DNA of 39,727 bases from an uncultured Candidatus Peribacteria bacterium (GTDB lineage: Bacteria; Patescibacteriota; Gracilibacteria; Peribacterales; Peribacteraceae), in NCBI GenBank assembly GCA_964517345.1, contig CAZFBZ010000001.1, forward strand, positions 7,767-47,493, written 5' to 3'. The notes under the pieces were generated by a model. The model was given only the letters and a program-made list of their open reading frames with translations, searched no databases and was not told the DNA's origin. Shown here in pieces: positions 30,944-39,390 of the stretch. The first letter of the stretch is position 1, and every line of letters starts with the position of its first letter. The position numbers and the translations under genes are program-made.

Positions 30944-30948
30944 GTTTC

Positions 30949-31326
30949 TCAGATGAAGTTGCCGGAGGAGATGAAGCCCACCACGGCGCGCGCGAAGAAA
31001 ATCACGAGCAGACCGATGATGGCAAACAGGATGATCGACTTGGCTTTGGTCTTGGAATCATCCGAGCCCTGTCCGACAATCAGATAGATACCAGCGATGA
31101 CGATGACGACCACGGCGGCGAGCGCCATGAAGTTCAGCACCTTGCGCATGAGGTCGACAACGGCTTCGCGCAGGGTCTTTTTCACCGGACCCTGGATGTT
31201 GCCGGCCTCGCCGACGCCGCCTTCCAGACCGGGACCGTCGAAGACCTGTGCGTGAACCGGCACAACCGCCGAGAGCGGCATGCAGAGCGTCGCAAGCATT
31301 GTCAGCGACAAGAGCAGGTGTTTCAT
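30949..31326 (-). CDS. TrbC/VirB2-like (T4SS pilin-like) small secreted membrane protein
   Basis: 125 aa. Signal peptide ..PLSAVVPVHA, then two hydrophobic helices (FMALAAVVVIVIAGIYLIV and IILFAIIGLLVIFFARAVVGFI) joined by the short charged loop GQGSDDSKTKAKS. This is the VirB2/TrbC architecture. Its stop lies 5 nt before the start of the 1024-aa gene. Confidence 0.55.
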   Translation of the reverse strand: MKHLLLSLTMLATLCMPLSAVVPVHAQVFDGPGLEGGVGEAGNIQGPVKKTLREAVVDLMRKVLNFMALAAVVVIVIAGIYLIVGQGSDDSKTKAKSIILFAIIGLLVIFFARAVVGFISSGNFI

Positions 31327-31355
31327 ACGTGTGAGGAGTAGGTGTTTTCGCTTCT

Positions 31356-31364
31356 ATTATAGCA
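31356..31364 (-). promoter_or_regulatory. extended -10 box TGCTATAAT upstream of the pilin-like gene
   Basis: The minus strand reads tgctataat. The approximately 22-nt leader contains cctactcctc but no GGAGG. Confidence 0.45.
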
Positions 31365-31395
31365 GAAAAACCTGTTTCGATCTATACTCTCCGTC

Positions 31396-32388
31396 ATGCG
31401 TCCGACCACCCCCCGCCAGCTTCTGGCACAAGCCCAAACGCCCGCCTTGCTCGTCTCCGATCCACTCTCGATCCGTTTTTTGACGGGTTTACGGCTTACA
31501 GCAGGGCTCCTGCTCATACTGCCACGCCGGGCATTGCTCTTCGTTGACGCGCGCTACACCGATGCCGCTGAGCGCTTCGCCCAGGGGGTCACGGTCCGGG
31601 AGTTCGGGGAGCTCGGAAAAATCCTGGAAGACGTGCCGGTTTGCGGCATCGAAGCTGAAGAGGTCACTGTTGCCCGTCTTGTTTCTTGGAAGAGGAAATT
31701 CAAGAATACAAAATTTGTTCGTACAGTTGGGGCGGTGGGCGCCTTTCGAAGACAGAAGACCGACCACGAACTGCGCTCGCTTCGTCGGGCGCACAAGATC
31801 ACCGGTGAACTGCTCCGTCGCGTGCCGTCGGCATTGCGCAAAAACATCACCGAAGACGGCCTTGCCCGGAAGCTTCTGCAGTGGGCCCTCGAACTTGGTG
31901 CCGATGGCCTGGCGTTCGATCCCATTGTCGGCTTCGGCACTCACACCAGTAGCCCGCATCATAGCCCCACATCGCGCGCACTGAAGCCCGGACATGTTGT
32001 GCAAGTCGACGTCGGCGCACGTGTGGACGGCTACTGCGGCGATCGTAGCGAGGTCTATTTCACCGCGCCGCCGACGCCGCTGCAGCGCCGCATCTATCAG
32101 ACACTATGCCTCGCGAAAGACCGCGCGATGAAAGCGGCGAAAGCCGGCGTCACCAATCATCAGCTGGATAAAATTGCACGCGATGTCCTGCGCAAAGAGG
32201 GCCTCGATGAGGTCTTCACGCACGCACTCGGACACGGTGTGGGACTCGAAGTGCACGAGGGTATTACGCTCTCGCAGAAGGCACCCAAGACAGAACTGCT
32301 ATCGCGTGAGGTCATTGCCATTGAACCCGGAGCGTACTTCCCAGGGCGGTTCGGCATGCGCGTCGAGGATATGGTCTTCGTCGAATGA
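31396..32388 (+). CDS. M24B family Xaa-Pro peptidase
   Basis: 330 aa. Pita-bread metal ligands in VQVDVGARVDGYCGDRSEV, HALGHGVGLEVHE and EPGAYFPGRFGMRVEDMVFV. A TATACT box at 31383-31388 lies 8 nt before the ATG. Confidence 0.88.
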   Translation: MRPTTPRQLLAQAQTPALLVSDPLSIRFLTGLRLTAGLLLILPRRALLFVDARYTDAAERFAQGVTVREFGELGKILEDVPVCGIEAEEVTVARLVSWKRKFKNTKFVRTVGAVGAFRRQKTDHELRSLRRAHKITGELLRRVPSALRKNITEDGLARKLLQWALELGADGLAFDPIVGFGTHTSSPHHSPTSRALKPGHVVQVDVGARVDGYCGDRSEVYFTAPPTPLQRRIYQTLCLAKDRAMKAAKAGVTNHQLDKIARDVLRKEGLDEVFTHALGHGVGLEVHEGITLSQKAPKTELLSREVIAIEPGAYFPGRFGMRVEDMVFVE

Positions 32389-32508
32389 CCACTTTTTTGT
32401 CTGCCTGATGGGCTCTTCGTGAATCATGAGTGTGGCAAAAGAATTGCTATTTACAATATCATTAGACGTATTTGTCACTATGTGACCTCAGACAGATCCA
32501 GATTTTTT

Positions 32509-32517
32509 TGCTACAAT
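32509..32517 (+). promoter_or_regulatory. extended -10 box TGCTACAAT, 11 nt upstream of the ATG at 32528
   Basis: Read directly, preceded by a T7 run. It is identical to the box at 1786. Confidence 0.45.
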
Positions 32518-32527
32518 ACTCGGAACT

Positions 32528-33919
32528 ATGCGCAATACACACACCAACATTTTTGCTTTTATCATGGGCTCCATCGGTATTCCAGCTTTTCTGCTGACAG
32601 CGACTGTTGCCCATGCTGTTGCAGAAAATCCGTTCACGGCGGGCATACCCTTTGAGCAGGATCTCGTGATCACCGCTTATTACTCACCGCTCCCGGATCA
32701 GTGTTGCTACGTAAAGGGGAGTTTTGAGGATGATGTCATTCTCAATGGCGAAGGGCACCATGGCGCCGACGGGACTGCGGTGTATCCCGGCATGGTTGCC
32801 GCCCCGCCCCGGTATCCCTTTGGCACACGCATTGTCGTGCCCGGCATCGGCACGGTGACAGTGCATGATCGGGGAGGCGCGATTCAGGAACAGCAGAAGA
32901 GCCATCGTCTGGACGTGTGGGCAGGCGTCGGCGAGGAGGGTCTTGCCCGTGCTCTTGCCTTCGGCGTGAAGCGCGTTCGCGCGACTGTCTACCCTCCGGG
33001 CACTACGCAGCCTGCCGAGGAAATCGCCCTCGATGCCCTGCCCGCCCCTTTGCAGATTCTTCAGCCGTATGCCATTGGCGGATCTGTGCTTGCGCGTCTG
33101 CGCGCGACGTTCGGTTCGCAGAGTCTGAGCGCGCTGCTCGTCCAAAAATTTCTCGTCGAGATGGGTTACATGAATGAGAAAGCCACCGGCTACTTCGGCC
33201 AGGCCACGCGTTCCGCGTTGGCGGCGCTCTATCGCGATCTCGGCTTGGAGGAAAGTCCCGATGCCGTCACCGAACGCTCTGCCGCATTCCTGGAGGCGCT
33301 CCGCCGCCAGCAGGGGGCGAAAGAGCCGCTGCCCGCGATTGTCGACGCCACGAGTCCGCGGTCGCATATCGCTGAAGTCCAGCGCACGATGCGGTTTCTC
33401 GATCTCTACCGCGGACGCACCAGCGGCCACTATGACGACACCCTCTTCCGCGCCATCGCCAATTTTCAGAAGAGCGCCGGACTGATCGCCGATGATTCCT
33501 CGCCCGGCGCGGGACGCATCGGGCCCAAAACGCGCATGCTCCTCGCGTCGGCCTGGAAGCGCCGCATGGTGAGCCAGAAGGCGGAGCACATCCTGATGGT
33601 CGCTGAAATCGAGCGCATTGCGGCAAAACGCATGGGCATCACCGCATTCTTTGGCTTCGGGCAGAAAGGCGATCAGGTGAAGGTGCTCCAGCGGCTGCTG
33701 GCCTCGGCTGGTCTGCTGCCTGCGGATCAGGTGACGGGCCTGTTTGGCCCTATGACGCAAAAAGCCCTCGTCGCGTTCCAGATGAATGCCGGCATCATCA
33801 CGTCCGCATCCGATGATGGCGCCGGATACGTCGGGCCCGCCACGCTCGCCCGCGTCCGCACCGGAATGCGCGATCATCTCTACCGCCTCGTCCGCGCCCA
33901 GGGCTGGGACGCCCTCTGA
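32528..33919 (+). CDS. secreted cell-wall protein: 3D (MltA/YuiC-like) domain plus three PG_binding_1 repeats
   Basis: 463 aa with a signal peptide (..LLTATVAHA). 3D-type segment ITAYYSPLPDQ..NGEGHHGADGTAVYPGMVAAP..PFGTRIVVPGIGTVTVHDRGGAI..RLDVWAG. Three repeats of the type VQKFLVEMGYM..ATGYFGQATRSAL, VQRTMRFLDLY..SGHYDDTLFRAI and VKVLQRLLASAGLL..VTGLFGPMTQKAL. Confidence 0.8.
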   Translation: MRNTHTNIFAFIMGSIGIPAFLLTATVAHAVAENPFTAGIPFEQDLVITAYYSPLPDQCCYVKGSFEDDVILNGEGHHGADGTAVYPGMVAAPPRYPFGTRIVVPGIGTVTVHDRGGAIQEQQKSHRLDVWAGVGEEGLARALAFGVKRVRATVYPPGTTQPAEEIALDALPAPLQILQPYAIGGSVLARLRATFGSQSLSALLVQKFLVEMGYMNEKATGYFGQATRSALAALYRDLGLEESPDAVTERSAAFLEALRRQQGAKEPLPAIVDATSPRSHIAEVQRTMRFLDLYRGRTSGHYDDTLFRAIANFQKSAGLIADDSSPGAGRIGPKTRMLLASAWKRRMVSQKAEHILMVAEIERIAAKRMGITAFFGFGQKGDQVKVLQRLLASAGLLPADQVTGLFGPMTQKALVAFQMNAGIITSASDDGAGYVGPATLARVRTGMRDHLYRLVRAQGWDAL

Positions 33920-33938
33920 TTTTTTCCCGCACGTACCC

Positions 33939-34505
33939 ATGACTCCGACCGTCGTCCTCTATACCGATCTGTTCCTGCGCATCGTCGTCTCCGCTCTTCT
34001 CGGCGGCGCGATCGGCCTGGAACGTGTCTGGCACGGGCGGCCCGCGGGCCTGCGGACCAATATGATGATCGCCATCAGCTCGTGCTTGTTCACGATCCTG
34101 TCGATCTACGGATTCCCCGACGGTCCGGGGGTGGACGCTTCGCGCGTCGCCTCGCAGATCGTCGTCGGCGTGGGATTCCTCGGAGCCGGAACGGTGCTGC
34201 ATAACAACCATCACGTTCTGAACCTCACGACCGCGTCCACCATCTGGCTGGTCGCGGCCATCGGCATGGCCGCCGGCGTCGGCATGTATCTGCTTGCCGG
34301 TGTGGTCACGCTGCTCGCCGTCATCTCGCTCTCGTTTTTTGCGCCGCTCAGTGATTGGCTGAGTCACCACGCCGAACAGCACGCGCGCCGCAAGGGCGTC
34401 AAGATCGTCCACGAGGACTCCGGCGTGCATTTCGTTGCGCATCCCGCGCACCATCGCGCGCGGCATCGCAAGGAGCCCTTGGACGAGAGCATTGCCAAGG
34501 ATTAA
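33939..34505 (+). CDS. mgtC: MgtC/SapB family membrane protein
   Basis: ORF 33786..34505 trimmed to the ATG at 33939. RIVVSALLGGAIGLERVWHGRPAGLRTNMMIA and GVGFLGAGTVL are typical of MgtC. Confidence 0.85.
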   Translation: MTPTVVLYTDLFLRIVVSALLGGAIGLERVWHGRPAGLRTNMMIAISSCLFTILSIYGFPDGPGVDASRVASQIVVGVGFLGAGTVLHNNHHVLNLTTASTIWLVAAIGMAAGVGMYLLAGVVTLLAVISLSFFAPLSDWLSHHAEQHARRKGVKIVHEDSGVHFVAHPAHHRARHRKEPLDESIAKD

Positions 34506-34562
34506 CGGAAAAGAGCGTCCGCCGGTTGCGCGGAGGCCTGGTTTGAGGAAGCATGAGACCCT

Positions 34563-35645
34563 ATGCGTCGTGCTATTGCCTTCCTGTGTCTCGCGCTTTC
34601 GTGTGCGCCCCCCGCGTTCGCCGCGGCTCCCGTGACGCGCCTCGATGGCTTCGTACAGATCTGGGACAGCATCCGGCGTCCGGCTGGTGACCCCCACGGT
34701 TACTTCTTTGACGACGTTCCCAAAGGCAGCAGGGGATCGGAGCAGGTGCTCTTCGCGCTCTACCGCGGAGTGATCGATAATGATGGTGATCTCTTTTATC
34801 CCGACGAGCCGCTGACGGCGTACCAGGCGTTGCTGTGGATCTTCCGGACGCGCAGTGTCGATGAGGAGGGCCTGTTCCCGGAGAAGGGCGAATCGATGGA
34901 CCCGGCGGTTGTCACCAGGATCGCGATGCGCATGGGCCTCGCGGAGTATCTGACCGGTGACGGCGGCGACATGAGCGTGTCGCGGCGGACCCTCACGCAG
35001 GAGGATGTATTCGCGATGATGCGGCGCGTCGATGCGATCCTGGCGGAAGAAATCCACGAAGCGAGCCTCTATTCCGAGAAATTCCAGGGCAAGGGCACAG
35101 CTTTCGGCGAGGCGTTTGACATGCATCAGCTGACTGCCGCGCATCGCACATTCCCGTACAACACGCTCGTGAAAGTGACCAACGTCGCCAACGACAAGAG
35201 CGTGATCGTGCGCATCAACGACCGCGGACCGTTCGTGAGCAAACGCGATATCGACCTGAGCCTCGCGTCCTTCCTGCAGATCGCCGACCGCGCGCTCGGC
35301 AAGATCAACGTGCGCTTCCAGCGTCTCGGCGACGTCAACCTCGTCGGGCAGTGCAGCACCGACAGAGGCATGCAGATGCGCATTGCCGGCAAGATTCGCC
35401 TCATACCGGGCCTGCCGTTGACGTCGCCCGCGGGCGAACCGATCACCTTGGCAGCCAACGGGCCCTTCGTCGTGCTTAAAGTGACGTATCCGGACGGGAC
35501 GGAATCGTGGCTCCAGGATTGGATACTGCCCTCGGAGAGCTACGTGCTGCGGCCCGCAGTGGATGGGCGATATACGTTCTTTGTCGGTACCGCCGACGGG
35601 CGCCGACGGGCGCTGGTCACGACTGTCGTTTCCTGCTCGTCCTGA
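34563..35645 (+). CDS. rlpA: RlpA-like (DPBB_1 double-psi beta-barrel) lytic transglycosylase-like lipoprotein/secreted protein
   Basis: 360 aa with signal peptide MRRAIAFLCLALSCAPPAFAAAP. DPBB core EASLYSEKFQGKGTAFGEAFDMHQLTAAHRTFPYNTLVKVTNVANDKSVIVRINDRGPFVSKRDIDLS. The N-terminal region is SLH-like (FFDDVPKGS..LTAYQALLWIF). Confidence 0.8.
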   Translation: MRRAIAFLCLALSCAPPAFAAAPVTRLDGFVQIWDSIRRPAGDPHGYFFDDVPKGSRGSEQVLFALYRGVIDNDGDLFYPDEPLTAYQALLWIFRTRSVDEEGLFPEKGESMDPAVVTRIAMRMGLAEYLTGDGGDMSVSRRTLTQEDVFAMMRRVDAILAEEIHEASLYSEKFQGKGTAFGEAFDMHQLTAAHRTFPYNTLVKVTNVANDKSVIVRINDRGPFVSKRDIDLSLASFLQIADRALGKINVRFQRLGDVNLVGQCSTDRGMQMRIAGKIRLIPGLPLTSPAGEPITLAANGPFVVLKVTYPDGTESWLQDWILPSESYVLRPAVDGRYTFFVGTADGRRRALVTTVVSCSS

Positions 35646-35689
35646 GGGTTTTTGGGCCTCTTGCGTCGCTGGCTTGAGGCGGGTTTTTC

Positions 35690-35698
35690 TGCTATAAT
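35690..35698 (+). promoter_or_regulatory. extended -10 box TGCTATAAT upstream of the coupling-protein-like gene
   Basis: Read directly, about 37 nt upstream of the GTG at 35735. Confidence 0.4.
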
Positions 35699-35734
35699 CT
35701 AAGGATTTTGTAGTATCTTCTATTCCCGCGATCC

Positions 35735-38344
35735 GTGTTCACTTTCCTGCGCGTCTTCCTCTGGCCGATCATCTGGGTCACCGTGATCCTGGTGGGTGAG
35801 CTGTTGCGCATAAACGTGCTCGGCGCGTTTTGGGGGTGGTTCATCCAGAACCCGATTGAGAACATCTTCCTGCTGCTCACGATCTGGTTGATCTGGGGCA
35901 TCATCAAATTCAATATCCGTTTTACCTACGCTTGGTGGATGTCCCGCAAGCTCGTCTGCATGAAAGTCATGCTCCCGCGCAGCGACAGCAAGATCGATCA
36001 GGAGAAGCGCACTGAAAAAGATTTCAAAGAGAAGGTCGCGCTCATGGAACAGCTCTACCGCGCGCTGTGGGAAGTGCGCAGTCTCACCTTCTGGCAGTTC
36101 GTGCACTTCTGGATGTTCCGCTACGCCACGATGAGCTTCGAGACGTTCATCGAGAAAGGCGAACTGCAGTTCTATGTCCTCACGCTGCCGAGCCTGGTTT
36201 CCATCGTGGAGAAGCAGATCACCGCGTTCTATTCGGACGCCGAGGTATCCGTGACCAAGGCTCCTGACGTCTGGCCCAAAGGCTACAAGCTTGTGGGCTA
36301 CAACATGCTCGTCAAAAAGAAGTACATCTTCCCGATCCGCTTCTACGAGGAAATGCAGGATGACCCGCTCAACGACATCGCGAACGTGATGAGCAAGCTG
36401 GATACCGACGAGCGCGCTTCCGTGCAGGTCGTCATCACGCCGTGCTTCTCCGACAAGTGGAGCCGTGCGGTGAAGCGTTATGCGAGCTTGAAATTCAAGG
36501 GCAAAGAAGACAGCTGGGTCGCACGCATCCCGATCCTCTCGACATTCATCCGCGTCCTCAGCGGCGTGGCAACCGGCGGCGACGGCGAGACGTTCGCGCC
36601 CGGTGCGGCCCACGGCGACAGCTTCGTCCGTATGATCCAGCCGGAGGAAGAGCTCTACAAGCGCATGGGCCAGAAGGCCGGCATGAGCGGCTTCGACGTT
36701 TCGGTGCGCATCATGGCCGCAGCCAAAACCTGGAAACGCGCCATCGACATCACCAACAACATGCAGGTGGCCTTCAACGTCTACAAAGACATCTACGGCA
36801 ACTGGCTCGCCAACCGCCGCATGATTCTGGAGTTCATGCCCTTCGCGTGGAATGCCCCCATGATCTACTGGCTGTGGAAGCACCGAATCAACGGCTATGC
36901 GCACCCCACGAACCTCATGGTCGAGAAGGAGCTGGCCGGCCTGTATCACTTCCCGGACAGCCGCTACAACAAGATCCCGGTCATTCAGTGGATCACGTAC
37001 AAAGTGCTGCCCCCTCCGCCGAATATTCCCAAGGAGGGCGTGCTGCTCGGCCTCAACAAGTACCGCGCCGAGGAGACGCAGATCCGCTTCCTCCACGGCG
37101 ACCGTACACGCCACGAGTACATCATTGGAAAATCCGGTTCGGGTAAATCCGCGCTTTTGAACTTCCAGGCGCGTCAGGACGTGTCTGACAACGAAGGCCT
37201 CTGCGTGGTCGATCCGCACGGAGACCTGATCGAAGACATCCTTGCGCACGTGCCCAAGGAGCGTGCCAAGGACGTCATCCTGTTCGACCCGTCCGATATT
37301 GACCGCCCCATGGGCCTGAACCTTCTTGAGGCAAAAACCGACGAAGAGAAAGACCGCGCGTCACTGGACGCGATGGAAATCTTCATCAAGCTCTTCGGTA
37401 ATGAGATCTTCGGTCCCCGCATCCAGCACTACTTCCGCAACGGTTGTCTGACCCTGATGGACGACGAGGAGGAGGGCGCCACGCTCATCGACGTGCCGCG
37501 CCTCTACGTGGACGACGAGTTCCAGCGCTACAAGGTGAGCAAGTGCAAGAACGTCGTCGTGCGCAGCTTCTGGGAGCATGAAATCGCCAAGACCGGCCAG
37601 CGCGAAAAAGAGGAAATGATCCCGTACTTCTCGGCCAAGTTCGGTCCCTTCGTGACCAACACGACGATGCGCAACATCATCGGACAGCCGAAGAGCGCCT
37701 TCCAGGTCCGCGAGGTCATGGACACGGGCAAGATCCTCCTGGTCAACCTCTCCAAGGGTAAGATCGGCGACGTCAACGCGCAGCTGCTCGGCCTGATCTT
37801 CGTCAACAAGGTGAACATGGCGGCCCTCTCGCGCGCAGACATGCCGCAGAAAGACCGCAAGCGCTTCTACCTCTACGTCGACGAGTTCCAGAACTTCGTC
37901 ACCGACGCTTTCGCCACGATCCTCTCCGAAGCGCGTAAGTACGAGCTCGGCCTGATCATGGCCCACCAGTACATCGGCCAGCTCGTCGGCAAGACCGGCG
38001 ACTACGAGCAGTCGTCCACGAAAATGCGCGACGCCGTTTTCGGTAACGTGGGTACCATCCTCAGCTTCAAGATCGGCGCCGAGGACGCCGAGTACATGGC
38101 GAAAGAAATGGCGCCGGTACTCAGCGAACAGGACGTGATAGGCATTCCGAACTTCAACTGCTATGTGAAGCTGAACATCAACAACACGACCAGTCGTCCG
38201 TTCAGCATGGCGACGATCTACGACGAGTCCAACCGCAACGACAAGCTCGCAGCGCTCATCAAGGAATACAGCCGCATGAAGTACGGCCGCAAGAAGATTT
38301 TCGTCAACCAGGAGATCGAGGACCGCATCGGTATCACGCGCTAA
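35735..38344 (+). CDS. VirD4/TraG/TraD-like type IV secretion coupling-protein-like ATPase with a long uncharacterised N-terminal domain
   Basis: 869 aa with a GTG start. Two N-terminal TM helices. Walker A IIGKSGSGKSALL (about 37127-37150), then VVDPHGD and Walker B FYLYVDEFQNF (about 37870). TraG-D_C-like LSEARKYELGLIMAHQYIGQL. Confidence 0.75.
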   Translation: MFTFLRVFLWPIIWVTVILVGELLRINVLGAFWGWFIQNPIENIFLLLTIWLIWGIIKFNIRFTYAWWMSRKLVCMKVMLPRSDSKIDQEKRTEKDFKEKVALMEQLYRALWEVRSLTFWQFVHFWMFRYATMSFETFIEKGELQFYVLTLPSLVSIVEKQITAFYSDAEVSVTKAPDVWPKGYKLVGYNMLVKKKYIFPIRFYEEMQDDPLNDIANVMSKLDTDERASVQVVITPCFSDKWSRAVKRYASLKFKGKEDSWVARIPILSTFIRVLSGVATGGDGETFAPGAAHGDSFVRMIQPEEELYKRMGQKAGMSGFDVSVRIMAAAKTWKRAIDITNNMQVAFNVYKDIYGNWLANRRMILEFMPFAWNAPMIYWLWKHRINGYAHPTNLMVEKELAGLYHFPDSRYNKIPVIQWITYKVLPPPPNIPKEGVLLGLNKYRAEETQIRFLHGDRTRHEYIIGKSGSGKSALLNFQARQDVSDNEGLCVVDPHGDLIEDILAHVPKERAKDVILFDPSDIDRPMGLNLLEAKTDEEKDRASLDAMEIFIKLFGNEIFGPRIQHYFRNGCLTLMDDEEEGATLIDVPRLYVDDEFQRYKVSKCKNVVVRSFWEHEIAKTGQREKEEMIPYFSAKFGPFVTNTTMRNIIGQPKSAFQVREVMDTGKILLVNLSKGKIGDVNAQLLGLIFVNKVNMAALSRADMPQKDRKRFYLYVDEFQNFVTDAFATILSEARKYELGLIMAHQYIGQLVGKTGDYEQSSTKMRDAVFGNVGTILSFKIGAEDAEYMAKEMAPVLSEQDVIGIPNFNCYVKLNINNTTSRPFSMATIYDESNRNDKLAALIKEYSRMKYGRKKIFVNQEIEDRIGITR

Positions 38345-38557
38345 AAAGCGAGATAGGTAAAAACTATGCCATCCCGGATTTTTCAGAACGGATGCGTGCC
38401 TCGTTACGGCCGCGCTTTGCGACGGCCTACTCGGCATGACATATTTTGTGTTCTAAAGATTTGCCATCCTGAGTAGAAAGCCGCGGAGCGGATTTCGTAA
38501 TGAAGGGCAAAAACGATGTCACCCTGAGCGTAGTCGAAGGGTGCCACTGTCATTTTT

Positions 38558-38585
38558 TTGACATGTGCCCAGCAAGCCTCACAAT
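38558..38585 (+). promoter_or_regulatory. sigma70-type promoter TTGACA-N16-CACAAT
   Basis: Hexamers at 38558-38563 and 38580-38585, preceded by a T7 run. The next ATG (38592) lies 7 nt after the -10 box. Confidence 0.6.
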
Positions 38586-38591
38586 CGGCGC

Positions 38592-39035
38592 ATGGCGATC
38601 AACCGGATCACGCACTACGGATACGATGATCAGGACCTCCGCGACCGCGTCCGCGATCCCATGTTCGGCCCGCCTGACAACGACCGGCGTATGCGGCAGC
38701 TGGCGGTCCACGCTTCCTCGCAGCTTGCCTGGCTGCAGTACCGGTTGGATACGCTGCCGGAGACGCTGGTGCGCCTCCGCGCGGAACTGGAATCCGTGCG
38801 CGGGCAGATCCAGGCTGTCGTCGCGGCCGGCACCCGGCCGGTGCCATCCTCGCGCAGGCACCCCATCCACCACAACGAACTGTTATCGGCTCTGCAGGCC
38901 AGGGAGGATGGGCTGCTGGAGGACATCCAGACCCTCACGGACATGCTGGCCAGCCGCTTGGGCTCCACGCCCTATGACTATTACCAGCGCCTTCTGGACG
39001 ACATGCACACGGAAGAAGGCCAAGTGGTATTCTGA
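38592..39035 (+). CDS. hypothetical protein
   Basis: ORF 38565..39035, with the ATG at 38592 preferred because of promoter geometry. MAINRITHYGYDDQDLRDRVRDP.. followed by a predicted helical, coiled-coil-like segment. I recognise no family. Confidence 0.5.
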   Translation: MAINRITHYGYDDQDLRDRVRDPMFGPPDNDRRMRQLAVHASSQLAWLQYRLDTLPETLVRLRAELESVRGQIQAVVAAGTRPVPSSRRHPIHHNELLSALQAREDGLLEDIQTLTDMLASRLGSTPYDYYQRLLDDMHTEEGQVVF

Positions 39036-39047
39036 CGCCCGTTTTTC

Positions 39048-39056
39048 TGGTACCAT
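39048..39056 (+). promoter_or_regulatory. extended -10 box TGGTACCAT, 7 nt upstream of the ybaB ATG
   Basis: Read directly. No SD. Confidence 0.4.
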
Positions 39057-39062
39057 CGGCCC

Positions 39063-39359
39063 ATGGTTTCCTTCTCTCAAGCCAAAGACATGTTCCGCAT
39101 GCAGCGGGACGCCAAGCGCATTAAGAAAGAGCTGAAGAACATCCACGTCGAAGCCGAGGCCCAGGGCGTGAAGGTCACCGTGACCGCCGAGCAGGAGATT
39201 CTCTCCATTGAGATCGCTCCGGACGTTCCGCGCGAACAGCTGCCGATGCTTCTCAAAGACGCCCTCAACCGCGCGCTGAAGAAGGCGCAGGTCATCTCCG
39301 CCGAACGCATGCAGGGCCTGATGAGTGAGATGGGCATGACCATGCCCGGCCAGCAGTGA
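39063..39359 (+). CDS. ybaB: YbaB/EbfC family nucleoid-associated DNA-binding protein
   Basis: 98 aa. The pattern ..MQRDAKRIKKELKNIHVEAEAQGVKVTVTAEQEILSIEIAPDV....LLKDALNRALKKAQ is typical of YbaB. Confidence 0.85.
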   Translation: MVSFSQAKDMFRMQRDAKRIKKELKNIHVEAEAQGVKVTVTAEQEILSIEIAPDVPREQLPMLLKDALNRALKKAQVISAERMQGLMSEMGMTMPGQQ

Positions 39360-39390
39360 GAAAAGTCTGGGATTTGATACTTGGGTCCGG

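Noticed and set aside
38500-39135. 211-aa ORF spanning the 38592 gene and the ybaB start.
   Set aside because: It is Cys/Arg/Trp/Ser-rich, overlaps two better-supported genes out of frame, and starts upstream of the TTGACA-N16-CACAAT promoter.
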